From NCBI GenBank assembly GCA_963702525.1, contig CAVPCY010000013.1:163965-227964 (forward strand): a stretch of 64,000 bases of DNA. Direction: 5' to 3'. Origin of the DNA: an uncultured Actinomycetes bacterium (GTDB lineage Bacteria > Actinomycetota > Coriobacteriia > Anaerosomatales > PHET01). This document shows positions 51,472-61,481 of the stretch, piece after piece (position 1 is the first letter of the stretch; the number at the start of each line of letters is the position of its first letter). The position numbers were made by a program, and so were the translations under genes. A model generated the notes under the pieces. The model did no database searches and was not told where the DNA came from. It saw only the letters and a program-made list of their open reading frames with translations.

Positions 51472-52779
51472 ATGCCGCTGCCAATCGTCGCAGTCGTCGG
51501 TCGTCCCAACGTGGGCAAGTCGACGTTCGTCAACCGGATAGCGCAAGGATCGGACGCCATCGTCCACGAGGCCCGCGGTGTCACGCGTGACAGGAGCTAC
51601 CACCGCGCGGACTGGAACGGTGTCGACTTCATGCTCATCGACACCGGTGGTATCGAGGCGGGCAACACCGACGCCTTCCAGTCGTCGATTCGCGCTCAGG
51701 CGATGATGGCCGCCGAGGAAGCGGACGCGATCGTCTTTCTGGTCGACGGGAAGTCCGGGCTCGCGCCCGACGACACCGAGGTCGCCCGCATCTTGAAGCG
51801 CACCGGAACGCCGGTGTTCCTGGTCGTGAACAAGGTCGACAACCCGGGAAGTCTCGAGGAGACCCACGAGTTCTGGTCACTCGGACTGGATACTCCGTGG
51901 CCTGTGAGCGCCACGCACGGCAACGGGACCGGCGACCTGCTCGACGAGATGGTGCTCGTGCTGCCCGAGAGCGACCCTGAGGTCGAAGAGGGCACGATCG
52001 ACGTGGCCATCATCGGCCGGCCCAACGCGGGGAAGTCCTCGCTGCTCAACCAGCTGGCGGGCAAGGAGCGCTCGATCGTGTCGGAAGTGGCGGGCACGAC
52101 GCGCGACGCGATCGATCTCACCGTGGTACGGGATGAGACGACATACCGACTCATCGACACCGCGGGCATCCGCCGCAAGTCGCTGATCGACGAGGACGTC
52201 GAGTACTACGGTTTCGTGCGCGCCATGCGCGCCATCGACCGCGCGCACGTGGCGCTCCTGGTCCTCGACTCGACGATCGGGCTGACCGATCAAGACCAGC
52301 GCATCGCGCGCTTCGCGCAGGAGCGCGGATGCGCGATGATCCTCCTGCTCAACAAGTGGGATGCCCTCGAGAACGAGATCGACAAGGACGACCTCGAGAC
52401 CAGGGTGGAGGACCGGATGGGCTTCGTCGGGTACGCGCCGGTCCTGCGAACCAGCGCGCTCACCGGTCGCGGGATCCACAAGATCTGGGGCGTCATCGAC
52501 GGGGTCTACGAGAACTACACGAAGGAGATATCGACAAGCCAACTCAACAAGTTGCTCACCGAGATGCGCGACTTCGGTCATACGCGCAATCAGGGAGGCA
52601 AATCACTCCGGCTCCACTACGTTACGCAGACCCGAGTCGCTCCTCCCGGGTTCGTCTTCTTCGCGAATCACCCCAATCTCGTGGACGACAACTACAGGCG
52701 CTACATCGAGAATCGGATGCGGGATCGATTCGACTTCTCAGGCACCCCGATCATGATGAAGTTCAGGAAGAAGGAGTAG
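51472..52779 (+). CDS. der: Ribosome-biogenesis GTPase Der (EngA), two G domains plus KH-like domain
   Basis: [19 protein letters not shown]; [19 protein letters not shown]. Confidence 0.9.
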   Translation: MPLPIVAVVGRPNVGKSTFVNRIAQGSDAIVHEARGVTRDRSYHRADWNGVDFMLIDTGGIEAGNTDAFQSSIRAQAMMAAEEADAIVFLVDGKSGLAPDDTEVARILKRTGTPVFLVVNKVDNPGSLEETHEFWSLGLDTPWPVSATHGNGTGDLLDEMVLVLPESDPEVEEGTIDVAIIGRPNAGKSSLLNQLAGKERSIVSEVAGTTRDAIDLTVVRDETTYRLIDTAGIRRKSLIDEDVEYYGFVRAMRAIDRAHVALLVLDSTIGLTDQDQRIARFAQERGCAMILLLNKWDALENEIDKDDLETRVEDRMGFVGYAPVLRTSALTGRGIHKIWGVIDGVYENYTKEISTSQLNKLLTEMRDFGHTRNQGGKSLRLHYVTQTRVAPPGFVFFANHPNLVDDNYRRYIENRMRDRFDFSGTPIMMKFRKKE

Positions 52780-52783
52780 CGCG

Positions 52784-53447
52784 GTGTTGGTCACCATCCT
52801 TCGTATCGGGGTGCCCTTCGTCGTCGCTTACCTGGTGGGCGGCATTCCGTGGACGCTCATCGTGGGCAAGGCGTTCTACGGAATCGATCCGCGCGAGCAC
52901 GGGTCGGGCAATCTCGGCGCAACCAACGCGTACCGCCTTCTCGGTCTGCGCGCTGCGATCATCGTGCTCGCCCTCGACCTCGCGAAGGGCGCCGCGGCTG
53001 TAGCTCTGGCGATGCTGTTCTGCCCTCCGACGGTGACGGGCGATGCGACGGGACTGGGTGTTGATCGGCGTGGCGATGGCGGCGATGCTGGGGCACATGT
53101 ACTCGCCCTATATCCGATTCCGAGGCGGCAAGGGAGTAGCGACCGCCGCAGGTGCCATCGCAGTCGTGATGCCCGCCGTGTGGCCCCTGCTCCTGATCAC
53201 GTTCGTGGTCGCTGCCGCGCTCAGCCGCATGGTGTCCTTGGGCTCGATCCTGGTAGCGATCGAGTTCCCGATCCTGGTGTGGATCGTCTACCCGACACAC
53301 GAGGCCTTCCTGGTGTTCGCCGTGGTGGGCTCGCTGCTCGTGCTGTTCCAGCATCGCGCGAACATCGTGCGCATCTACCGGGGCGAAGAAAGTAAGATAT
53401 CGTGGAGCGGGTGGGGCGGACCCAAGGGCGAGGACTCGGAGGACTAG
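52784..53447 (+). CDS. plsY: Glycerol-3-phosphate acyltransferase PlsY; frameshift near 53040
   Basis: [12 protein letters not shown], then in another frame [29 protein letters not shown]. Confidence 0.8.
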
Positions 53448-54464
53448 GTGCAGATATCGGTCATCGGTGCTGGATCGTGGGGAACGGCGGTCAGCTGGCT
53501 GCTGAGCGGGAAGGGCCACACGTGTCGCTATGGGCCCGAGAGACCGAGATCGCCGAGGGCATCAACGACCAACCACCGAAACCCGCTCTACCTGCCTGAC
53601 GTCGTCTTGAGCGACAGCGTGAAGGCATCGCCCGATGTCGAAGAGGCCCTGCGTGGGGCTGAGGCTGTCGTCATGGTGACCCCCAGCGTAGGAGTTCGCG
53701 CCACCGCCGAGATGATGAAGCCCGCTCTGGGCTCGGACACGCCCGTGGTCATACTGTCCAAAGGCGTTGAGCAAGACACACTGATGCTCATGACCGAGGT
53801 TCTCGAGGACGTCTTGGGCGGCCGGTCGCGAATCGCCGGGCTATCCGGACCCAACCATGCCGAGGAGGTCAGCAAGGGCGTTCCCTCGGCTACCGTCGTC
53901 GCGTCCTACGACGAGCGCGTTGGCCGGCTCTTCCAAGACGCCTTCATGACGAGCTTCTTCCGCGTCTACACGAACAGCGATGTCGTCGGCGTCGAGTTGT
54001 GCGGAGCCAGCAAGAACGTCATCGCCATCGCGACCGGGATGTGTGACGGGCTTGGCTACGGGGACAACACCAAGGCCACGCTCATGACCCGCGGACTGGC
54101 CGAGATGACCAGGCTGGGGGCCGCTCGAGGCGCGAATCCCCTGACCTATATGGGCCTGGCAGGAATGGGCGACCTCATCGTGACCTGCACGAGCCGCCAC
54201 TCCCGCAACCGCGGTCTGGGGCAGCTTATCGCCGAGGGCGGCACGATCCAGGAGTTCTACGACAAGACGCACATGGTGGCTGAAGGTGCGGTGGCGTGCA
54301 TCGCCGTGGACGAGTTGGGCCGGCGCGAGGGTGTCGAGTTGCCGATGACCGACCTCGTTCGGCAGGTCCTGTACAGCGGACTCGATCCAAGGCAGGCCGG
54401 AGACATGCTCATGGGTCGCGAGGCCCGTGACGAGCTTCACGGCATGGGACTGGTATCGGAGTAG
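53448..54464 (+). CDS. gpsA: NAD(P)H-dependent glycerol-3-phosphate dehydrogenase. The ORF stays open but carries a compensated double frameshift at ~53515-53580.
   Basis: ISVIGAGSWGTA, SKGVE, GPNHAEEV, NVIAIA. The expected VSLWARETEIAEGINDQ lies in the alternative frame (ORF 53402..53599). Confidence 0.85.
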   Translation: MQISVIGAGSWGTAVSWLLSGKGHTCRYGPERPRSPRASTTNHRNPLYLPDVVLSDSVKASPDVEEALRGAEAVVMVTPSVGVRATAEMMKPALGSDTPVVILSKGVEQDTLMLMTEVLEDVLGGRSRIAGLSGPNHAEEVSKGVPSATVVASYDERVGRLFQDAFMTSFFRVYTNSDVVGVELCGASKNVIAIATGMCDGLGYGDNTKATLMTRGLAEMTRLGAARGANPLTYMGLAGMGDLIVTCTSRHSRNRGLGQLIAEGGTIQEFYDKTHMVAEGAVACIAVDELGRREGVELPMTDLVRQVLYSGLDPRQAGDMLMGREARDELHGMGLVSE

Positions 54465-54512
54465 CGGCCTGGAGCCGAGGAGCGGGGGCACGAGGTGGGT
54501 GAAAAGGTGTAC

Positions 54513-55166
54513 ATGGCACCGTCGATTCTCTCGGCGGACTTCTCGTGTCTTGGTGAAGGCATCAGACTGGTCGAGGCAGGGGGCGCCGACTTCATCCACG
54601 TCGATGTGATGGACGGTCACTTCGTGCCGAACCTGACCATCGGGCCGCCGGTGATCAAGTCGCTCAAGGCGATGTGCACGGCGCCCCTCGACGTTCACCT
54701 CATGGTGGACAACGCCGACTCCACCATCGAGTGGTACATCGAAGCCGGCGCCGATAGCATCACCGTCCACTCGGAGGCGTGTCCGCACCTGCACCGGACG
54801 TTGACCCGCATCCGCGAGGCTGGTCGCAAGGCGGCTGTCTCACTCAATCCTGCCACCCCGATCGACAGCATCGTCGAGGTCATCGAGATGGTCGACATGG
54901 TGCTCGTGATGAGCGTGAATCCCGGCTTCGGCGGGCAGTCGTTCATCGAGCGCAGCGTCGAGAAGGTGGCCGAGATCGCGTGGATGGCCGACCAGCTCGG
55001 AGTCGAGCCGCTCATTCAGGTCGATGGCGGGATCACGGTGGAAACCGCGCCGCTCGTGGCCGAGGCTGGTGCTCGCTGCCTTGTGGCCGGGAACGCCGTC
55101 TACGGTCAGCCCGATCCCGCCGCCGCCATGAATGCGATTCGCGATGCCGCGCAGGGGGTTCTCTAG
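54513..55166 (+). CDS. rpe: Ribulose-phosphate 3-epimerase
   Basis: MAPSILSADF..., IHVDVMDGHFVPNLT, HLMV, MSVNPGFGGQ, VDGG. Confidence 0.85.
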   Translation: MAPSILSADFSCLGEGIRLVEAGGADFIHVDVMDGHFVPNLTIGPPVIKSLKAMCTAPLDVHLMVDNADSTIEWYIEAGADSITVHSEACPHLHRTLTRIREAGRKAAVSLNPATPIDSIVEVIEMVDMVLVMSVNPGFGGQSFIERSVEKVAEIAWMADQLGVEPLIQVDGGITVETAPLVAEAGARCLVAGNAVYGQPDPAAAMNAIRDAAQGVL

Positions 55167-55204
55167 CACTGGAGCCCGCTCGCTGGCGCGGTACCGTGTT
55201 GACC

Positions 55205-55213
55205 TGCTAGAAT
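55205..55213 (+). promoter_or_regulatory. Extended -10 element TGCTAGAAT upstream of the FMN riboswitch
   Basis: Read directly. There is no properly spaced -35; the adjacent TTGACC is only 3 nt away. Confidence 0.35.
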
Positions 55214-55214
55214 C

Positions 55215-55340
55215 CGATACGCTTTCTTCAGGGCGGGGTGAAACTCCCCACCGGCGGTCACAGCCCGCGAACCCCCATATGGGGGCCGATCCGGTGAGAT
55301 TCCGGAGCCGACGGTCATAGTCCGGATGGGAGAAGGAAGG
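55215..55340 (+). ncRNA. FMN riboswitch (RFN element) controlling the rib operon
   Basis: CTTTCTTCAGGGCGGGGTGAAACTCCCCACCGGCGGT...AGCCCGCGA...CCGGTGAGATTCCGGAGCCGACGGTCATAGTCCGGATGGGAGAAGGAAGG matches the remembered RFN core (AGGG.GGGTGAAA.TCCC.ACCGGCGGT...CCGACAGT.AAGTC.GGATGG.AGAAG). It lies directly 5' of ribD. Confidence 0.9.
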
Positions 55341-55344
55341 TCGC

Positions 55345-56476
55345 GTGCGTCTGTTCGATGACGTCTGCTCGAGGGTCGATGACCCCCATCTTGCCCGCGC
55401 GCTTGCGCTTGCCGAGCACGGCAGGGGCAACACGGCTCCCAACCCCTTGGTGGGGTGCGTGATCGTGCGCGAGGGCCAGGGTCGTGGGCGAGGGCTACCA
55501 TCCTGCTGCGGGCCAACCACACGCCGAAGTGCTACGCGCTCGCCGAGGCGGGCGAGTCCGCGCGCGGTGCCGTTGTCTTCGTGACCCTGGAGCCGTGCGC
55601 ACACTTCGGTCGCACACCGCCGTGCGTCGATGCCCTGATTCGCGCGGGCGTCTCACGGGTTGTGATCGGGATGCCGGATCCCTCGAGCGAGGCCGGTGGT
55701 GGGGCGGACAGCGCTGCGCGACGCCGGGATCGAAGTCGTGTGGGCGGAGGATGCGGAACCGTTCCGCGCGCTCAACGAGGGGTGGCTCAAGCGCGTTGAG
55801 ACGGGAAGGCCGCTGGTCGTGGCCAAGGTCGCACTGTCCTTGGACGGGCACGTGTCCCTGCGCGCCGGTGAGCGGTCGGCGATCACCGGCGCTTCCGGTG
55901 GCGAGATCACCCGTCTTCTCCGGGCACGAGCCGATGCCGTCCTGGTCGGTGCGGCGACCGTCTCTGCCGATGATCCCGCTCTGACCGTGCGCGATGCGCT
56001 GGGTGAACTCGCCGAGCGCCAGCCCCTGCGAGTCGTGCTGGTTCGCGGTTCGGTGCCGCCGCGAGACGTCGCGGGTGTTCGCCGATGGCTTGGCGCCAAC
56101 CCTCGCCATACTCGACGGCGATGCGCCCGATTCCTCGGTAGCTGGGATGCACTCGATCGAAGGCGTAGAGTCCGAGAACGGAGCGCACGGCCTGGCGGGC
56201 GCCCTTGAGATTCTCGGCCGGCGAGGCGTGAACGAGGTGCTCGTCGAGCCCGGCCCGCGGCTGTTCACCGCGCTTTGGGAGGCGGCCGCCATCGACATTC
56301 TCGTGACCGTTGCGGCGGGTGGCATGGCCGGTGAATCGGGCCCGCCGCTCTACCGAGGCGTGGCGGACACGACAGGCGAAACGCTATTGCATCGGATGGT
56401 CCCGACACAAGCGGGTATCGTAGGAGACGTGGCAGTGACCGTGTGGCGTCCTTTGTCGGCCCGTCCGGATAGGTAG
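55345..56476 (+). CDS. ribD: Bifunctional riboflavin biosynthesis deaminase/reductase RibD; at least 4 frameshifts
   Basis: [101 protein letters not shown] lie in different frames. Confidence 0.8.
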
Positions 56477-56495
56477 TACGCCGAGAGGAGCAGCG

Positions 56496-57161
56496 TTGTT
56501 CACCGGACTGATCGAGACCCAAGGCATCATCACACGCGCCGAGCGGGTGTCCGGCGGTGCGCAAGTAGAGGTCTACGCACCCGAGTTCGGCCGAGACATG
56601 ACCATCGGCGACTCTATCGCCGTTGATGGGGTGTGCCTTACCGTTGCCAAGTTCATTCGCGGCGCGTTCGTGGCCGATGTGAGCGACGAGACCATGGCGC
56701 GCACCACGTTGGGTGGCGTGCATCAGGGCACGAAGGTCAATCTCGAGCGCGCCTTGCGCCTGTCCGATCGTCTCGGCGGGCATCTGGTGACGGGCCACAT
56801 CGACGGGGTCGGACGGGTCTTGCTCCGTCACCCCGCAGGTAACAGCGTCATCTACCAGTTCCAGATCCCGCGTGAGCTTCTCGACTTCGTCGTCCAGAAG
56901 GGCTCGATCGCCATCGACGGGATCTCGCTCACGGTGGCGCAGATCCGCGGCGATTCGATCGCGGCGGCGGTTGTGCCGCATACCGAGGAGGTCACCACGT
57001 TGCGCGAGAAGCCGATCGGCTCTCCCGTCAACGTGGAGGCCGACACGATGGCGAAGTACGTCAAGAAGTTCGTCGACATCTATGCGCTCGGCGAGGACGA
57101 TGATCAGCCAACCCGCAGAGGCCTTGGCGACCTGCTGCGCGACTTCACAGACGGGAAGTAG
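56496..57161 (+). CDS. ribE: Riboflavin synthase (alpha chain)
   Basis: MFTGLIETQG, GDSIAVDGVCLTV, GSIAIDGISLTV. Confidence 0.9.
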   Translation: MFTGLIETQGIITRAERVSGGAQVEVYAPEFGRDMTIGDSIAVDGVCLTVAKFIRGAFVADVSDETMARTTLGGVHQGTKVNLERALRLSDRLGGHLVTGHIDGVGRVLLRHPAGNSVIYQFQIPRELLDFVVQKGSIAIDGISLTVAQIRGDSIAAAVVPHTEEVTTLREKPIGSPVNVEADTMAKYVKKFVDIYALGEDDDQPTRRGLGDLLRDFTDGK

Positions 57162-57167
57162 TCACGC

Positions 57168-58427
57168 ATGCCCGACCCGGATCACAGCCCGTTTGCGACC
57201 ATCGAGGAAGCGATCGCCGAGATCGCCGCCGGCCGCATGCTCGTGGTCGTCGACGATGAGGACCGTGAGAACGAGGGCGACCTCGTGATGGCTGCCGAGA
57301 AGGCCACGCCCGAGGCGGTCAACTTCATGATCACCCACGGAAGGGGCCTCGTCTGCTTGCCCATGATCGGGGAGCGTCTTGACGAGCTCCAGATTCCCCC
57401 GATGGCCGCCGAGAACACCTCCGAGCAGGGGACTGCGTTCCACGTCTCTATCGGGGCCAAGGGCAAGATCACCACGGGTATCTCACCGGCCGACCGGTGT
57501 GCCACCATCCGAGCCGCGATCGATCCGGCGACGCGTCCCCAAGACGTGTCGATGCCCGGGCACGTGTTTCCTCTTCGAGCACAGGTGGGCGGCGTTCTCC
57601 AACGAGCAGGACACACCGAGGCCTCGGTGGATCTGGCGCGGCTTGCCGGCCTTGCTCCTGCGGGCGTCATCTGCGAGATCATCAATCCGGACGGCACCAT
57701 GGCTCGTCGGCCGCAACTCGAGGAGTTCGCCAAGGTTCACGGTCTCAAGATGATCACCGTCGCCGATCTCATCCGCTACCGCCGCCTTACCGAGAAGCTC
57801 GTCACCCGGACCGCCCGGGTGACCCTGCCCACGCGCTATGGGACATTCACCGGCTACGGCTTCGAGGCGGCACCCGACGGCAGGACACACATGGCGCTTG
57901 TGGTGGGGGAGGTCGAGGGACAGGAAGACGTGCTGGTGCGCGTACACTCCGAATGCCTCACCGGCGACGTGTTCCATTCGCTGCGCTGCGACTGCGGCGC
58001 ACAACTGGAAGAAGCGATGCGTCGGGTGCAAGCGGAGGGACGCGGCGTCGTGCTCTACATCGTCGGCCACGAAGGTAGGGGCATCGGGCTGGGGAACAAG
58101 CTCAAGGCCTACGAGCTACAGGAGAGTGGTCAGGACACGGTAGAGGCGAACGAGTCTCTCGGCTTCCCGGCGGATCTGCGCGACTACGGGATCGGGGCAC
58201 AGATCCTGGTCGATCTGGGTCTGCGTTCCATCCGCTTGATGACGAACAACCCCAAGAAGATCGTCGGACTCGAGGGATACGGGCTCACGATCAGCGAGCA
58301 GGTACCGCTCGAGATCGAGGCGTGTCCAACCAACTACGACTACCTGCGGACCAAGAAGGACAAGCTCGCGCACACGCTCGTATTGGACGGGCGCGCGACC
58401 ACGGACGAAGGGAATGGGCCAAGATGA
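57168..58427 (+). CDS. ribBA: Bifunctional 3,4-dihydroxy-2-butanone-4-phosphate synthase / GTP cyclohydrolase II
   Basis: [58 protein letters not shown]. Confidence 0.9.
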   Translation: MPDPDHSPFATIEEAIAEIAAGRMLVVVDDEDRENEGDLVMAAEKATPEAVNFMITHGRGLVCLPMIGERLDELQIPPMAAENTSEQGTAFHVSIGAKGKITTGISPADRCATIRAAIDPATRPQDVSMPGHVFPLRAQVGGVLQRAGHTEASVDLARLAGLAPAGVICEIINPDGTMARRPQLEEFAKVHGLKMITVADLIRYRRLTEKLVTRTARVTLPTRYGTFTGYGFEAAPDGRTHMALVVGEVEGQEDVLVRVHSECLTGDVFHSLRCDCGAQLEEAMRRVQAEGRGVVLYIVGHEGRGIGLGNKLKAYELQESGQDTVEANESLGFPADLRDYGIGAQILVDLGLRSIRLMTNNPKKIVGLEGYGLTISEQVPLEIEACPTNYDYLRTKKDKLAHTLVLDGRATTDEGNGPR

Positions 58428-58888
58428 CCACCTTTGAAGGCAATCTGATCGGTACCGGGCTCAAGATCGGTATTGTCGTGAGCCGGTTCAACGAGTTGCT
58501 CGGCTCGCGGCTGCTGTCAGGCGCGAACGATGCCCTGGTCCGTCACGGAGTAGCCGTCGACGATATCGACGTCGCGTGGGTGCCCGGCGCATTCGAGATA
58601 CCTCTCGTCGCAGGCAAGATGGCAGCGAGCGGCCGCTACGATGCCCTCATCGCCCTAGGGGTCGTGATCAGAGGCGGTACTCCTCACTTCGAGTACGTGG
58701 CGTCAGAGGTGTCCAAAGGCGTGGCCAAGATCTCGGCCGACTCCGGAGTTCCGGTCATGTTCGGCGTGATCACCGCGGACACCATCGAGCAGGCTGTCGA
58801 GAGGGCGGGCACCAAGGCCGGCAACAAGGGCTGGGAGGCCGCGACGGGTGCCATCGAGATGGCGCACCTCATGCGGGAGCTCGGCTAG
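58424..58888 (+). CDS. ribH: 6,7-dimethyl-8-ribityllumazine synthase
   Basis: [36 protein letters not shown] overlap with ribBA. Confidence 0.9.
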   Translation: MTTFEGNLIGTGLKIGIVVSRFNELLGSRLLSGANDALVRHGVAVDDIDVAWVPGAFEIPLVAGKMAASGRYDALIALGVVIRGGTPHFEYVASEVSKGVAKISADSGVPVMFGVITADTIEQAVERAGTKAGNKGWEAATGAIEMAHLMRELG

Positions 58889-58917
58889 ACACGCGGCTCT
58901 CCGGCACAGGAATGACC

Positions 58918-58953
58918 GAGGCCCCGACCGTCATCCACGGCGCTCGGGGCCTC
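58918..58953 (+). terminator. Terminator-like hairpin after ribH
   Basis: GAGGCCCCGA-(16 nt)-TCGGGGCCTC is a 10-bp GC-rich stem. The trailing U-tract (ctgtgtgg) is poor. Confidence 0.45.
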
Positions 58954-59205
58954 CTGTGTGGCTGGGTAAGATCCAGTGGGCTCTCACCACCCGGTGGCTG
59001 TCAGCCATGGACCCTGTCCCCCAGACAAGCCGCCTTTCGCAAGGAAGGCGGGTGCCAATAGTAGACCGCGGCCGCCCTCGGGCACAATCGGACAGGTGTT
59101 CGATTCGACGATGTGCCGTCGTCGACCTACAAGCGGCGTCTCGCCGCTGACAGAAGGGTCGAATCCCGCCGATGGTGCGACAGCGCGCCGGTTCCCGATG
59201 GGAGG

Positions 59206-59233
59206 TTGACAGAGTCCCGGTTCGGGGTAAGAT
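59206..59233 (+). promoter_or_regulatory. Near-consensus sigma-70 promoter TTGACA-16 nt-TAAGAT for the Rrf2/nifS/iscU/mnmA operon
   Basis: Hexamers and spacer counted directly, about 37 nt upstream of the ATG. Confidence 0.6.
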
Positions 59234-59269
59234 GCAATCATTACTGATTCTGTAGGGATTGGACCGCCC

Positions 59270-59713
59270 ATGCGACTCACAGCGAAGAGCGAGTACGGCC
59301 TTCTTGCCGTGATCGACCTTGCCGTGAGCTACGGCGAGGGGCCGGTCAGCGCCCGGGAGATCGCCGAACGCCGTGAGATTCCCGCACGCTTCCTGGAGCA
59401 GCTCTTCGTCTCGCTCCGAAGGGGAGGGGTGGTCTCGGCGGTGCGCGGTGCGCGTGGCGGTTTCGTTCTCACGCGAGAGCCCAGCGAGATCTCGGTGCTC
59501 GAAGTGGTCGAGGCACTTGAGGGTCCGCTCGAGACGAGCGTGTGCGACTCGGAACGTTCTGCCGGATGCACTCGCAGCGGGGCCTGTGCCGCCGCCCCGA
59601 TCTGGGCCAAGGCCACCTCGGCGCTCAGAGAAGTCTTCGCAACGACGACGCTAGCCGAACTCGCGGGAAACCAACAACGCATGGACGCTCGCGTCCAGAG
59701 TGCTTCGGGATAG
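59270..59713 (+). CDS. Rrf2-family (IscR/NsrR-like) transcriptional regulator with three-Cys cluster-binding motif
   Basis: MRLTAKSEYGLLAVIDLA..., wHTH ISAREIAERREIPARFLEQLFVSLRRGGVV, Cys motif VCDSERSAGCTRSGAC. Confidence 0.8.
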   Translation: MRLTAKSEYGLLAVIDLAVSYGEGPVSAREIAERREIPARFLEQLFVSLRRGGVVSAVRGARGGFVLTREPSEISVLEVVEALEGPLETSVCDSERSAGCTRSGACAAAPIWAKATSALREVFATTTLAELAGNQQRMDARVQSASG

Positions 59714-59727
59714 GGAGAGAGCTCAGT

Positions 59728-60917
59728 ATGGATAACGTCTACTTCGACTACGCAGCGACAACGCCGGTTGACGAGCGCGTGCTCGACGCGATGATGCCCG
59801 TTCTTCTCGGAGCGCTTCGGCAATGCGAACTCACTCTACGGTCTGGGCCGCGACGCGTACCGGGCACTTGAGGACGCCCGGGAGCGCTTCGCACAAGGTA
59901 TCAACGCCGCTACCCCCAACGAGGTGGTCTTCACCAGCGGCGGCACCGAGTCGGACAACGCGGCACTACTCGGGATTCTCGCGCGCGTCGCGCCTGACGG
60001 TGGCGCACATCTCATCGTCTCGGCGTTCGAGCACCACGCTGTGCTGCATCCTGCCGAGTGGCTCGGGAAGCGTGGCTACGAAGTCACAACGCTCGCTCCG
60101 CGCACCGACGGCCACATCTATCCAGACGATCTTCGCGCCGCTATCAAGCCGAACACCAAGCTTGTCTCGGTGATGCACGGCAACAACGAGATCGGCACCA
60201 TGAACGACATCAAGGTGCTTTCCGAAGTCGCCCACGAGGCCGGCGCGCTCATGCATACCGACGCCGCGCAGACGCTCGGGAAGGTTCCGTTCGACGTGGC
60301 CGACTTGGGCGTAGATGCCGCATCGTTCTCGAGCCACAAGATCTACGGGCCGAAGGGCGTGGGCGCGCTCTATCTCAAGCGCGGCACACCGTTCGAGACC
60401 CAGGCTCGGGGCGGTGGCCAGGAGTCCAAGAGGCGCTCGGGCACCCAGAACACACCGGGCATCGTCGGCATGGCGACTGCTCTCGAGATCATGCTTGCCG
60501 AGCAGCCCGAAGAGATGGTGCGGCTGGCGGCGCTGCGCGACCGCCTGATCGATGGCGTGACGAGCGTGCTGGAGAACACCGAGCCTTCGGCCAGCGAAGG
60601 CGCGAGGCTCCCCAACATCGCTCCGCTGCTCATCAAGGGGGTCGAAGGCGAGGCGATGCTGCTCCAGCTCGACAACAAGGGTATCGCGGTCTCCACCGGC
60701 TCTGCGTGTTCATCGGGTTCGCTCGAGCCCAGCCACGTGCTGCTGTCTATCGGTTGCCCGCAGGAGATCGCCCACGGAAGCCTGCGCCTGTCGCTGGGCC
60801 GTTTCACCACCGACTGAGCACGTGGACTACTTCCTCGAGGTCTTTCCTCCTATCGTCGAGCGGCTTCGCTCTATGTCGCCCGTGTACTCCAAGATGTTCG
60901 GTTCCGCCTCTTCGTAG
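59728..60917 (+). CDS. nifS: Cysteine desulfurase (NifS/IscS type); frameshifts near 59800 and 60812
   Basis: YFDYAATTP, FTSGGTESDN, SFSSHKIYGPKGVGALY, STGSACSS. The C-terminus ...TEHVDYFLEVFPPIVERLRSMSPVYSKMFGSASS* lies in another frame. Confidence 0.85.
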
Positions 60918-60942
60918 GCTTTCACCCCTGAAGGAGAGTAAC

Positions 60943-61458
60943 GTGCTCTATTCCGAGAAGGTCATGGACCACTTCAACAACCCGCGCAACGTAGGCGTCA
61001 TCGAGCACGCCGACGGCACGGGAGAGGTGGGCAATCCGGTCTGCGGCGACATGATGAAGATCACCATCGCAGTGGACGGCACCGACCACATCACCGACGT
61101 GAAGTTCCAGACGCTGGGTTGCGGGGCCGCGATAGCCACGTCGTCGATCGTGACTGAGATGGCCAAGGGGCTGACACTGGAGGAGGCTGCGGCTATCAGC
61201 AAGAAGCAGGTCGCCGACGAGCTCGGAGGTCTGCCCCCGGCCAAGATGCACTGCAGCGTGCTGGCTACCGACGGGTTGAAGGTCGCCGTCGACGACTACT
61301 TGAAGAAGCACGGCCGCGAGCCGATCGCCGGCGAAGTCAAGAGTGCAGACCCCAACTTCGACCCCCACGCAGACGAAGATCACGACCACGGCGAAGACCA
61401 CCAGCACGACACCGCCGGCCCGGGCGGGGAGTGCAGCGTCTGCTGCCAGCAGCTCTAG
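60943..61458 (+). CDS. iscU: IscU/NifU-type Fe-S scaffold with an unusual acidic/His-rich, Cys-containing C-terminal tail
   Basis: The GTG start is preceded by AAGGAGAG. Motifs: HFNNPRNVG, GNPVCGDMM, LGCGAAIATSS, KMHCSVLA. Tail: DPNFDPHADEDHDHGEDHQHDTAGPGGECSVCCQQL. Confidence 0.85.
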   Translation: MLYSEKVMDHFNNPRNVGVIEHADGTGEVGNPVCGDMMKITIAVDGTDHITDVKFQTLGCGAAIATSSIVTEMAKGLTLEEAAAISKKQVADELGGLPPAKMHCSVLATDGLKVAVDDYLKKHGREPIAGEVKSADPNFDPHADEDHDHGEDHQHDTAGPGGECSVCCQQL

Positions 61459-61481
61459 CCGGGTCTCGGGGGGCCGTCGCC

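Noticed and set aside
55199-55213. TTGACC + TAGAAT as a canonical -35/-10 promoter pair for the rib operon
   Set aside because: The hexamers are only 3 nt apart, so they cannot function as a -35/-10 pair. I retained only the TGCTAGAAT extended -10 reading, at low confidence.
58955-59205. tmRNA, SRP RNA, RNase P RNA, 6S RNA, or a cobalamin or c-di-AMP riboswitch in the structured spacer
   Set aside because: The remembered conserved cores are absent or only trivially matched on both strands. Those cores are the tmRNA GGGG...TTCGA acceptor with resume codon, the SRP GGAAG..AGCA domain IV, the RNase P GAGGAAAGTCC and the B12 box. The spacer is kept only as an unassigned region.
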